Shown: positions 18,042-30,770 of the stretch, in pieces | How the letters are laid out: each line of letters opens with the position of its first letter | Numbering within the stretch: position 1 is the stretch's first letter | Assembly (NCBI GenBank): GCA_034780895.1 | Contig: JAUZTB010000070.1 | Span: 21,370,818-21,434,817 of the forward strand | Length of the DNA stretch: 64,000 nucleotides | Source: Rhynchobatus australiae | Taxonomy: Eukaryota | Direction: 5' to 3' | Program-made: the position numbers and the translations under genes | The notes under the pieces: generated by a model | Databases searched by the model: none | What the model was told of the DNA's origin: nothing | The model's input: the letters and a program-made list of their open reading frames with translations, nothing else

Positions 18042-18964
18042 NNNNNNNNNNNNNNNNNNNNNNNNNNNNNNNNNNNNNNNNNNNNNNNNNNNNNNNNNNN
18101 NNNNNNNNNNNNNNNNNNNNNNNNNNNNNNNNNNNNNNNNNATTTTACTTGCTAATATTTCTTCATGCCCTTTGATTTTCCTATTTACTTTCACCTCTTT
18201 GATTTCAGAATTTCATATGTTTTGTGCAACGTTGTGTGTTGCCATACTGTACGACTCTATGGCATATGCATTCTTTTTTTCACATTTTCCAACCATGTAT
18301 GCTATTAAGGATTAATGGTCAATAGATCAGGATCAATTACATGGTTTTCCTACACCAGGAAAGAGTTTATTGTTGGATTTTGTTTTCTCTTTTGAAAAAA
18401 ATACTTTGTTTTCCAGAATTTCAATTATTTGAAGCTACCATTATTTCTCAAGATACAAAAGTTGCTGCAGTACTTCTAGAACCTCAGACTGATGCATTGA
18501 TTGATAAGATTTGTACAGAGTAATTGCATTGATGTATACAAGGGAAAGGTTTGAGCGCTGATGAGTGAAAACACTTTTTTGAACAATGAGATCAGCTGGG
18601 CTGGAGACACCTACTATATGTGTATATAATAGTCAACTGCAGAAAATATGAACCTAATTCCTATTACTTTTATAGTAAAACTAACCCAAGAAGATTCACT
18701 AATAATGGGCATTTTTTTTACTGGTGGGATTGTTGGGAAAGATCAGGATAATTATTTCCAACAGTATTATTGGCTTTTGAACAGAGTTTAATGCTTTAAA
18801 ATCTCGTACATGATTAAGGGACAATTTATTCTCTAGTTATTAAAAGCAAACCTCTAAATAATAGTTCAAATAAAATTCCAAATGACACTCATTTTAATAT
18901 TTTATTTAATTATTTCATTTTAACATACAATCAACTAGTCTATTTTCAACATGAAGTTTTACAT

Positions 18965-19685
18965 TTTGTACAGTAAATGGCAGGACCCTTATGAGGATTA
19001 ATATACAGAGGCATCTTGGGTGCAAATCCATAGCTCCCGAAAGTGATACCACAGGTAGATAGGGTGGTGAAGAAGGTGTACAGCATGCTTGCCTTCATCG
19101 GTTGGAGCATTGCGTATAAAAGTCAAGAAGTCATGTTGCAGCTGTGTACATTTGGAGTATGGTGTGCAGTTCTGGTCGCCGCATTGCAGGAAGGATGTGG
19201 AGGCTTTGAAGAGGGTGCAGAGGAGCTGGAGGTTGCCTGGATTAGAGACTATTGGCTACAAGGAGAAATTGGACAAAATTGGATTGTTTTCTCTGAAATG
19301 TTGGAGGCTGAAGGGAGACTTGATAGAAGTTTATAAAATTATGAAAGCCACAGATAGGGTAGGTGGTCAAAGTCTTTTTGGGTAGAAATGTCAAATATTA
19401 GAGGCCATAGCTATAAGGTGAGAGGAGGAAAGTTTAAAGGAAATGTGTGGGGCAAGTCTTTTACACAGAGGGAGGCAGGTGCTTGGAAAGCACTGCCAGT
19501 GAATCTGGTAGAAGCAGATATGATAATAACATTTAAGAGGCATTTAGACAGACACATGACGTGCAGGGAACAGAAGGATATGGATCATGTGCAGGCAGAT
19601 GAGATTAGTTTAAATTGCCAATATGGTCGGCACAGAAATCATGGGCTGAAGGGCCTGTTCCTGCACTGTGTTGTTCAATGTATAT
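18965..19685 (+). mobile_element. CR1 LINE, 5'-truncated
   Basis: QVDRVVKK..MLAFI, HLEYGVQFWSPHCRKDVEAL, RLKGDLIEVYKIMK, then the 3' tail. Confidence 0.92.
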
Positions 19686-20779
19686 GTGCCCTCATGCATA
19701 AAATCATTTTCTTACTTTTGGTATACGTGTGACACGTTACTAATTTGCATAAATTTGTATCTCTTATAAATGTATATCTCAAGCAAAATTCTGTAAATTT
19801 GTGTAAGTACATTGTGAGATTTTAGGTTAATTTCTATTAAAATCAACTCCACGCTATTATAAGTATTGTGAAATGATTTGCTTCTTTGAAATAATTTTGA
19901 ACTGCAAAATAATTTGCAGTTTGTCTGTGGTAGTAAGATCATATAATTTTCAACCAGTATGGTAGCATTATTTTGCAAAATCATTAATTCTGTTTTAATT
20001 TTACTGAGGATGTTACAATGTGTGAATTTATTTGCTTTATTTTAATGAGAGTTCATTCAACACCTCTGATTTGAAGATCAAAAGCATTTTTTCCTTGACC
20101 TGAATGTTGAAGTGGGTCTTTGATCCTGTATCAGATTCATTCACTAATTTTAATTTCTATTGACAACAATGATGTAAGTAGTAGTCCCCAAACTCCATGG
20201 TGTGTGTTATAAATGTCTGGTCACACCTTAGCTAGCAAGCCTTTTTGGATTTTCTGAACTAAGAGATTCACCAGAAATAAAAATGGATATTCCTGACGTA
20301 TTTGTTCTCAATTACATTGTTCTCAATCAAAGGTTCTCAATTACATAAACGTAGTTGTTTAGATAATTTTTTGCACAGCTGTCAGTATTAAGGGGATTTG
20401 GTGTTTCATGGCTTCCTAAAATTCAATCAAGTAGTGCATGCTGTTTTTAAATGCTGCAGGACTGAAAGGGTGCATAAAATTACTGATTGCTGCCAATCAG
20501 TAGGTCGCATCTTTCCTTGAACAAATTGAAAATTTGAATTACATTTTACTGTGTCTGATGCATGCAATCCTTGTAGTATGATTTTGATAATCATGCCACA
20601 CTCATCTGACAATTTCAGCCATAGGGCAATGAGGATCATTGTGAGCATTGTCATCCTGGTTGACCAAGAAAGATTCCATCGACTGGACCACTCAGAATTA
20701 GCCTCCACTACAGTCCAGTGAAGATCAGCAGCAGGAGGAAAAGGAAGGGGAGAAGATAAAAGGAGTATGATGTAGGATA

Positions 20780-21180
20780 AAGAAGATGACCACATATGAT
20801 TTTGAAGAGAAATGCTCTCTGGATATGCTGTCAGAGTGTGCCTAACCTACCTGAAGTTCAGAAGAGAAATTTATCCAGCAGATAATTACTCATGCAGAGA
20901 AGTTTCATCCTCCTCTTTCTGGAGTCAGACCTTAATGTCATTTGGACTTAGAGTCATAAGAGATGTTAAAATCCACCATATCTGCATCTGGCAATTATGT
21001 CTCTCAACAGAAAGTCTCATCAATTTCCTTGATGTTGAACTGCTAACCGTTACCTACTCCTCCACCAGTAATATGTTGGAGATCATGAATGACCAGAGTC
21101 TGACCTGAAACAGGCATTGAATTATTATGGCAGCATGTGTATGTCAGAGGCTTCATATATTGTATCAAAGGCTCCATCCT
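20780..21180 (+). mobile_element. Putative Harbinger transposase N-terminal relic (element B)
   Basis: LDMLSE / CLTYLKFRRE / RVIRD..HHICIWQL...INF / ALNYYGS resemble the N-terminal motifs LDxSEEQCLRRLRFRKE, HxCIRQV and ALNFYASG. Heavily degraded. Confidence 0.45.
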
Positions 21181-21494
21181 GACCTTGCAATGATTTCTCA
21201 CCACTTACAAGGAACAAGTTAGAGTAGTCAGAGAACTGTTCTTACAACTTCAAGAATAGTGAAAAATTGTTTTTACTTGCTTCTAAGTGTGCACGTCCAA
21301 AAATAATGAATAATTCATGCCGTCTAAAGCACAAACTGCCTTGCCACCCCTATTAATCTCTGTAGTCTAACCTTGATATATTTACCAAAGACCTCCTCCC
21401 CATCACAGGGAAAAACCTTAATGTGTACTTCCTAAGAACTCAAGGGCACGTGGTTCAAGTATTATAAAAGTACTTAAAGCAACACATCCATCCT

Positions 21495-21895
21495 CTAACA
21501 TCAGTGGTAGGGAAGTTATTGTAAAAAGGTATGAGAGGGTCAAGATTAATCTGCACTTGGAAAGGCAGGGATTAATCAAAGAAAGCATGGTTTTGTTTGG
21601 GGGAGATCAATTTGATCGAGCTTTTCAAAGGGGAAACAAAATGTATTAATTGGGCAGTGCAGTTGATGTAGTCTATATGGACTTCAGTAAGGCCTTTAAC
21701 AATACCCCACTGGTCCGAATGGTTAACACCTATGAGATCCAGAGTAAATTGACAAATTGGATCCAGCACTTGAATCACTAGTGCATAAAGGCTGTGAACC
21801 AAGTACCAGTAAATGGGATTAATAAAGATAGATACTTGATGATGGCATTTTCATGGTGGGCTGAAGGGTCTATTTCCGTGATGTATGACTCTATG
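21495..21895 (+). mobile_element. CR1 RT fragment plus tail
   Basis: TSVVGKLL...HLERQGLIK...VDVVYMDFSKAF motifs. Confidence 0.8.
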
Positions 21896-22284
21896 GCTTA
21901 CTTAGAAATGTATTTTCTTTCCCTTGCATGCTTAATCATTAAGCCTGTTAGATCAACTCCTAAACAGTTCCCTCATCTCAAGCAATGCAGTGGATAATGG
22001 TAGGGACACACACTCATCTGTTGCTACAAGTAGTGGTTACATACTACCATCTCTGCAAGACGGAGTTCTGAATGTGTTACAATGTGCTTTGTGTGATGTG
22101 ACTTTGTGATGTGATTGAAGTTTGTGGAAAATGTGTGTTTGATGGTTGCAGAAGTGGTTAGAGTGTCAGATGGCATTGATGATATCTGGAGATTACCAGA
22201 TAAGCAAAGGAAACCTGGTAACTGAAACATAATGTGCATGAAATTCTGTAGTTATTCACAGGTGGGCTTTGTTAACGTGCTCGT

Positions 22285-22525
22285 TGATCTTAATTACACC
22301 TGCAAAGTCATTAACCTTATTCTTGGACTGGGATTAAATCTAAGAGGCTGTTATTCCTTGAGCTCATATACCTGGCTACCTCCTTCAACTGATGCTTCAT
22401 CTTGGACTTGTTTGGTTTCTTTTGTCCAAGAGCACACAAGGCATCTTTTCAATGGTTCAACTCTCCGATCAGGATTTCGAAGTCTGTGTTGCACAACTGA
22501 GTGCCTGTCCCCATGCTTGTCTTAC
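22285..22525 (-). mobile_element. Harbinger Myb/SANT (Myb_DNA-bind_5-like) gene relic (element B)
   Basis: Minus strand reads CNTDFEILIGELNH*KDALCALGQKKPNKSKMKHQLKEVARYMSSRNNSLLDLI/QSKNKVNDFAGVIK, following FSDxxLExLV...WxEVAxxVS...QCRKKFNDL. Confidence 0.7.
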
Positions 22526-24609
22526 CTTATTCTTAACAGTGTTCTCCAGGCTGCACAATGACTTTGAACAGTGATGGAAGTTTATGATTACCTTCTATTT
22601 AAGAGGTGAAGACATGATGTCAATTTGTGCAAATGGTTTCAACTGGTGCACAGGATTGCCAGTGCAAACAAAAAAAATCACAGTGCTATTGCTTAAGCAT
22701 TTCAAAAGTTACATAAGGTATGCACAGAAATCCTGTGAAAATGACATGTGGGAAAACTATCATGGCTGCCCTGTGCAGCATCAGATTAGGAGCAATGTTC
22801 AAATACAGGAATTTCTAGACCATGGTTTCCATATCATTGGCCAAGTTCATAAACGAATCACATATTGGCACCGTTTTATGTGTACATCAAGTTAAGTAAT
22901 AGCATCACCTCAAGGCCACATCAGAAAGAACCCTGACTTCATATTGACGTTCAGTTCAAATCTGCAGATCTGTTTTGAGTTTTATCTCATTCAGCAGATT
23001 TGCTGTAGAGCAAGTGACATGATGGGATCAGGGGTGGGGGTGGTTGTGCATTCAGTGTGATGACAGCACTTTGTCTGCAAGAGGTCTACGCAGTGGTCAC
23101 TTCTATCAATGCTTTCACATACAAACACATCTGCGACAGATAGATTGGTCAGGATGAGGCTAAGGAAGTTGCTGATTTAACAAATATATTACCTGAATGA
23201 ACAACCCTGGCATCAAATACTTTGTATGTGAAGAAGATAAAAGAACAACGATTCCAAATGAAAGAATGTTTAATTTACAATTTCAATTAACAAAATAATA
23301 TGTAAAGAACTGATCAAGTGGAATCTTTATCTAACTTGATTATATGTATGTCTTATGAGTCCTATCAATTAAAATCACTGTGGCTATGTGATGGTACATT
23401 CTGTGTACAGTTACCAAAACTGCAGATCTGCTTGGGTATAAAATTGAAACCTGACTCATACCTGAGTACTTATAATATTTTTCATACTAGACTCCACCAG
23501 ATCTGATCATTCTTACAGGTATGATGATCTCAAAACATGGAATTCACATGCACTAATACCAAACAAATCATCCTGCCTGGATAAATTAGTGAGACAGACC
23601 AACAAAGCAACATCTGACTTAATCTAAGCCAATCCTGAATGTTTTCTCAGAATAAATACCTGGACCGACGCAAACTTGACATGTATCTTCAGGTCTTGTT
23701 GGGCTCCAATCAGGTGGCCAGTCATTAAATACACCCATATACTTAAATCTTACAATCAATCATTGATTCCTGGTTTTAACACAAACAGATCCTATGCATA
23801 ATAATTGTTTGCTTTTACCTTTCTGTGACTTTCTTTTCTGCACAAAAGGTAAATTAATAATTGTTCCTGAGTAAAATTTGTACCCTCACTGCTGTTTGAA
23901 TTAATCTACCACTAAATTGCCAAATTATTTGGAAAATCAAAGGATCTCAAAAATCTCTTCAAAGGATTAAGAAGATTGTGCTTCATTTTGGACCAGGAAA
24001 ATATATTCCTTTTCAAATAACAGTCAATATTTTGATTCTCAGATAAAAACAAAAGAAAATAAATTTGCTTCAATTGATAGCCTGGATTTGGTGGTCAGTA
24101 CAGAAGAATATCATTGGCCACTCAACTTAAGAAACTCTATCTGCAAGTTTTTAGCAAAGACTTGCTCTTTTCTGACATCAATTTGAATTTGCTGCTAGGG
24201 ATCTTTTGAGTCCGCAAACAGAGAAAGCAACAAAGAGAATGATCAATAACATTGAAGAATTCTCACAGATTGCAGATCAAGAAGGATAAAGCAGGTAATA
24301 AAAAATCACATTTAAATCATTCCACATAAAGTGAAATAAGTAGGAGGACACATACACATGCAAGATTAAGAGAGAAACTTGATTAGCAAGTGCATTTTTT
24401 AAACAATCTACTACATTTACAGTTACTTCTGAAGTAATGAGGCTCCACATTTATAAACTTATTTTTTGATGGTTTGAGTGTGAAATCAGTGGAAATTATG
24501 AACATTGGTATTCTCTGAGAAACTCATGACCTTTGATAAAACAGTATTTAACTTTCTCAGCAATCTTTGCAGTGAATATACAGGGTAATTATGAACATTG
24601 AATTTTCCA

Positions 24610-25170
24610 GTTTCAGATAGCCCACACCCCTTATGTTCCTTTCCCATTCCTACTGGTCAACCTTGGTTCTCTCTCCCTTTGTACACCTTTTCAATTCATG
24701 CTCCTGTCCCCCTACCCCCATTATCTAGATTTGTTACCCTTTCCACCTGATTCCATCTCCCCTTCACCCATTATCTATCCACCTGGGTTTCTTCTCCCTT
24801 GGTCTACCATTCCTATCTCCACCATACCTGGTTTCATTCCTTGATTATCTGGTTCCAGCCTCTTCTATCTTCCCCCTCCCTTCCTGCCACCTGGCTCCAT
24901 TTGACCAACTGTAATTCTTATCTGTTTTACCACTTATCATCCATCTGTCTTTGTCTCAGAACTTCCCCTCCTTCACCTGGCTTCATCTGCCAACTTCATC
25001 TGGTTCCATTTATCACCTATCAGCCCCTGTCTCACCTTTCACCTCTTTATACTGGCTATTTTCCCTCTGCATACTCTATCCTGCTATAGGGCCTCGACCC
25101 AAAACATTGACCGTCCCTTTGCCTCCACAGATACTGCTTGACCTGCTGAATTCCCCCAGAAGTTTGCTTT
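24610..25170 (+). mobile_element. Penelope-associated element (pyrimidine-rich body plus terminal repeat)
   Basis: Ends with 'gggcctcgacccaaaacattgaccgtccctttgcctccacagatactgcttgacctgctgaattcccccag', the same terminus as at 11.2 and 53.3 kb. Confidence 0.65.
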
Positions 25171-26839
25171 TTGATAAAGGGTAACCAGTTTGATATCATT
25201 GCCAGCTCAGAGATTCTGTTTTAGATTTCATCACTGAAGCTTGTAATTGCAAATTTTGCAGATGAGCAGGAATATAGAGTTTCACATTTGAGAGTGTTTG
25301 TGTGGATGCTAGATGTTACTCCCCGAATAATGAAAATGAGTGTCGATGCCATCATCTTTGTTACTACCAGAAATTCTTTATCTTCTTCTCTAAGATAGAC
25401 TGTTTCTATATAAAAATAATCACCTAGAAATTGTGGTCAGCAGCGATCCATCAATTGACCTGCAACAGCACTGAGTTTGTGCTGTTTTTCCATTGGGAAA
25501 TTGCATGGAGCTCCATTAATCAGGGAGAAACCCTGTATTCATGACAAGCCAGAACAACAAAAGTTGAGAAGATCTTTGACATCTGACTAAGGCTGAATCC
25601 CTGCTTAGTCAGCTGAAAGATGTCAAAAATGTTGACAGAAACATTCAAAATCTGTCCAAAGTATTAAACAGTTTAAAAACTATCGTTTAACAGTAAAATG
25701 AACTAAAATATTTAAAAGCACTAAAAAAAACTCAAAATAGTTAAAAAGTTCTAAAATAATACTTAGATCTGTTCANNNNNNNNNNNNNNNNNNNNNNNNN
25801 NNNNNNNNNNNNNNNNNNNNNNNNNNNNNNNNNATAATTATAAAATCAAAGAGCAATACAGATTGAATACAGGCTCTTGAGCCCAACCAGTCCATGCTTC
25901 ACATAAGGAATTGTTTCCTCATCAGCTTGCTGAACAGCTGACAATAACCTTGGGAATTTCATGTACAGGGGGAAATCCTGAAATATTTGACTGTCATTTA
26001 AGGAAGTATTACAAAATTACATGGTTAACTGTTAACTTTCCACAGCATATCTGGACCAATAACTTGAATGCAAATTTTACCTGTGAAGACTGCTTTATAT
26101 CTAATTCATCATCTCATTTTGAGACATTAGAAAAACTGAAGTAGCTCTGAAATCTTGATACTGTATATATTTCAAATTCTACATTGTTGTATACTGTTGA
26201 TATGTTTTTAGCAATTCTGCACATTATCTGTATCTATTCCAATTGTAGCTTCTTGAGAATTGCAGGCATTATTCACCACTCTTTCCAATTGGCAGGTGAA
26301 TAATGGCAGGGGGAAAAAATAACACATTGAAGTCTAATATAAGAGAATAAAAATGTTCCTTTTAAAGATAAAATAATAACAACACTTCCCAAGTACATAA
26401 ATTATTTTGAAAGTATGCCTATCAATCTTACCATGGCATACATATTTACATATTCTCTGTGTTAATAATCCAATATTAAGCCTGTAAGGCAACTAACAAA
26501 AAAAACAAAAGATGGCTAAAAATATTCAGAAACCATTTTGAGTAATTTGAATAATTCATTTTTTGGTAGGGAATTGACTGAACGATTTTCCTCCATGGAG
26601 GTTGCTAGAATTGTGTTTCATTTGAAAGTCAACTAATAAAGGAAGATGACAAATAAAGTGAGATTTGTCAGATACAACAATATGGTGTGATAACATGTTT
26701 AATATATTAGGGATGCAAATACAGTAAGTTGCCAGGGATGAACAGAAAGATGATAGCAGTATAGACATGAGTTATCTCACAACCAATCTAGCTAAAATTT
26801 AAAATATTCAGATTCAAATTTAATTTAAACTTCATTTTT

Positions 26840-27735
26840 AGACCATAAGACTTAGGAGCAGAATTTGGCCATTCAGTCCATCGAGTCTGCTCAGCTATTC
26901 AATCATGGCTGATATATTTTTCCCTCTCAACTCCATTCTCCTGTTTTCTCCCCGTAACTTTTGACACCCTTACTAATCAAGGACCTATCAACCTCCAGTT
27001 TAAATATACCCAATGATTTGGCCTCCACAGCCATCTGTGGCAATGAATTCCACAGATTCACCACCCTCTGGCTGTACAAATTCGTCTTCATCTCAGTTCG
27101 AAAGGATGTCCTTCTATTCTGAGGCTGTGTCCTCTGGTCCCAGACTCTCACACTACTGGAAACATCCACTCCACGCCCACTATCCAGGCCTTTCAATATT
27201 TGGTAGGTTTCAATGAGATCCCCCCCTCATCCTTCTAAACTCCATTGAGTACAGGCCCAGAGCCATCAAATGCTCCTGGTATGTTAACCCTTTCATTCCC
27301 AGGATCACTCTTGTAAACCTTCTCTGGACCCTCTCCAATGCCAGCACATCCTTTCTTAGATATGGGGCCCAAAACTACTCACAATACTCTGACCAACATC
27401 TCATAAGGCATCAGCATTACATCTTTGAATTTATATTCTAGTCCTCTCAAAATGAATACTAGCATTGTATTTGCCTTCCTTACTACCAACTCAGCCTGCA
27501 AGTTAACCTTAAGGGAACCCTGCACTAGGACTCCCAAGTCCCTTTGCACCTCTGATTTCTGATTTGCTCCCCATTTAGAAAATAGTCTACACCTTTATTC
27601 CTTCTACCAAAGTGCATGACCATACACTTCCCTCTGCTGTATTCCATCTGCCACTTCTTTGCCCATTCTCCCAACCTGTCCAAGTCCTTTTGCAAACTCC
27701 CTGTTTCCTCAACACTACCTGCCCTATCCACAGCT
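26840..27735 (-). mobile_element. CR1 LINE ORF2 3' portion
   Basis: LQKDLDRLGEWAKKWQMEYS..KCMVMHFGRRN and SQRVVNLWNSLPQMAVEAKSLGIFK. Confidence 0.93.
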
Positions 27736-28585
27736 TATGTGATTTGCCAGGACCCTGGTCCCAGCATGGTTCAGATGGAGCCTGTCCCATCGGAACAGCT
27801 CCCTCCTTCCCCAATACTTGCGCCAATGTCCCACGAATTCAAACCCACTTCTCCCACATCAATCTTTGAGCCACACATTTAACTCTCTGATCTTATTGAC
27901 CCCGTGCCAATTTGCACTTGGCTCAGGTAGCAATCCAGAGATTATTACTTTTTTGGTTATGTTTTTTAACTTAGTCCCCAGCTGCTTATGATGAACTCAA
28001 CAGAACCTCTTTCGTTGTTCTACCTGTGTCGTTGGTNNNNNNNNNNNNNNNNNNNNNNNNNNNNNNNNNNNNNNNNNNNNNNNNNNNNNNNNNNNNNNNN
28101 NNNNNNNNNNNNNNNNNNNNNNNNNNNNNNNNNNNNCCCCAGCTGCGTATGATGAACTCAACAGAACCTCTTTCGTTGTTCTACCTGGGTCGTTGGTACC
28201 CAGATGGACCATGGCAACTGGATTTTTCCCCTCCCATTCCAAATTCCTGTGCAGGTCAGATGAACTGTCCCAAACCCGGGCACCAGGCAGGCAACACAGC
28301 CTTCAAGACTCTCGATCCTTGCGATAGAGAATTGTGTCCATTCCCCTGACTGTACTATCCCCAATTACAACTACATTTCTCTTCTCTCCCCCCTCTTGAA
28401 TGGCTCCCTGAACCATGGTGCCACGGTTCGGTTGTTCATCCTTCCTACAGCCCCCACTCTCACTTGCACAGGGAGCAAGAACCTCAGAGCTGTTGAACAA
28501 GCTCAAGGGCTGAGGCTCCTCCAGGATCCCCTTTCCTGCCTCATTCGCAGCCACACCCTCTTGTCCCTGACCACAGACCAAATTT
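27736..28585 (-). mobile_element. CR1 ORF1 (SGNH/GDSL esterase domain) fragment
   Basis: VVVIGDSTVRG (GDS block), CLVPG and VHLGTND (GxND block), typical of the CR1 ORF1 esterase. Confidence 0.85.
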
Positions 28586-28959
28586 GGCGTAGAATAATCT
28601 AAAATTTTGCACTGGCCTGCAACAACACATTGTCCAATAAAATATTCAAATTATGAAAAAATTATTCTTCCAGTTAATTTAAGCACTTGATCGCTGCTCT
28701 ATGTTACTTGTTACACCACTGTGTTTCCATTGATGTACATTTGATGCAGTAACTATTTAGGTAATAACTGGACCGCAAGTGGTATAACAGTTCAATATCC
28801 TAAGTGACCCTCTTAATAGTATTTCCAAAAACTATGTTCATCAATGAGAGCAGGCAAGGCTTCTGTGTGAAGTATTATCTGAAAGGCAACACCTCAGAGC
28901 AGGAAATGAGTGCAAAATAAATAACAATGGTAACATAATTTACAATGCAAATATCAGAA

Positions 28960-29340
28960 GAAGCAGTGCCATGAGGCAGTAACTCACATGAATCCATGTT
29001 TTATGGGCCAACATCATTCAAGGTTGTTTTGAGTGATTTGTTGAAGAGTGATGGACATAGTTTTGTGTTTCTTCATGTTGATGATCAGCTTTATGTATTT
29101 AGCTAACCCATATTGACATTGCATCTCCAAGATGGTTGTGAGAAGTATTTTGTACATTTCACAGGCAGATTACCCAGATGGCAGTGAGCAAGCATGTTTA
29201 CTGGTGGCAAGATGACAGCAACAAGTAATGTTGTGCCATCAGTGCAGAGAATTACTGGGTGCATGTTCTGAATGGATTATGCCATTTCTTTTGAAAGAAT
29301 GCAGTTGAAATCTGTCAACTTTAAGGAAGATCCAGTAAAA
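28960..29340 (-). mobile_element. Possible very old Harbinger transposase N-terminal relic (element C)
   Basis: TTLLVAVILPPVNMLA...FSQPSWRC...AKYIKL resembles TALPVAVKV.ALNFLA...ISQPS..RC...YIKF. Confidence 0.35.
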
Positions 29341-30459
29341 AATTAGTAGCCACACAAGGCCCATACATCAGTAGCAGGTGCTGAAGGAACAATATAAAAG
29401 CTATCTTAATTCCTGTAACCTGTCAGTGTTTCTCAGCCCCAAGAGCTGTAAAGGTTGGATAAATTATTATATTGTAGCATAATGGTAGGCTGCATAATAG
29501 CTCTTCTGGAAAGTGGCAAAATGCAATTTTTTTCTGTGTAAGTAAGGTCTTTCTCTGCTGTCCCCAATTCATGCACATTACCTTTATTTTGAATTATCAC
29601 CTTATACCAAGAAAGGTCATTGGACCCAAATGGTTCACCTTGTGATCATGCCTGAGCCCACCAATGCACCTTGTAATATAATTATTAAAATGTATTAGCA
29701 AAATGCTTATTAGCTTCCATTAAATGATTCAGTTCTGTTTACCTCAACTACCTGTAAAAACAAGTTCCACATTCAATCTACTTGCTGACAAAAGTGTTTG
29801 TCCTGAATTTCCTTTTCGACATATTGATTTATTGTGTTACCAACATACAAAACACGTAATATTTTCCTTTTTTCTTCCTTTTACATTATTTTAATTCACC
29901 CCCTCATTCCTTTCCCTTCAAACATCTAAAAATAAAAATGCCTTAAAAATGCTGGTTTGCTCATTAATACTGTTACCACTGTTAGGTCATTTTATGTTAA
30001 ACAAGTTGTGTTAACAATTGTTTTTGAATGTAAGACATTAGCTTCAAAAGTTAACATAATTTCAGAAATTCATAGAAGTAGAGGAGTGAGGGAAAGTGCT
30101 TCTTCTTCAAAGTGTCCCATCTTGCTGCTCCTTTTGAATGGTTGTTTTAAAGTATTAATTATATATTCAGTTAATCAAGCAAGAGATCTGGAGAAGAGGG
30201 AGCTTATCTATTTAATGCCACTGTCAAATATTTGTAATTATGTGATGCATTGTTTAATCAGGGTTGCCACGGTCACATCCTGCAAAACTCTTTGTGAAAC
30301 ATTTGTGCAGCTCGTGACTATACCGCTTTCATATGTTCTATGGCAGGTCAAAACCAGGTCACTTCATTGTTGTTCAGAAGTTAGCTGTTTATTCCTGTTA
30401 GTAGTTTCATCTCACATGCCCAGCCCTGCTAATAAATGAAGATTCTCTGGGTTAAAGGG

Positions 30460-30770
30460 ATTAGAGTCTACTGGGCTGCCTCAAGTATTACTGCTGACGC
30501 CTCAGGAATTTACAATCTACATTGATAACTTAAGTGAATGTAATGTATTCAAATTTGCTGATGATGTACAGATAGGTGGGAAAGTAAATTACGAGAACAG
30601 AGTTTGCAATTGTACAAGGCTTTGCTGAGACCATACTGCATACAGTTTTAATCCAATATGAGGAAGGATATCCTTGCTTAAGAGGCAATTCAGCAAAGCT
30701 TCATTGAATTAATTCCTAAAATAAATGGATTGTGTTATAAGGAAAGATTGAGCAGAATGGACCTGTACTG
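30460..30770 (+). mobile_element. CR1 RT fragments
   Basis: FTIYID...FKFADD, then LYKALLRP-like segments. Confidence 0.7.

Noticed and set aside
18555-18580. CTGATGA followed by a small stem (hammerhead or box C candidate)
   Set aside because: No GAAA after the stem, no stem I partner and no convincing D box with terminal stem.
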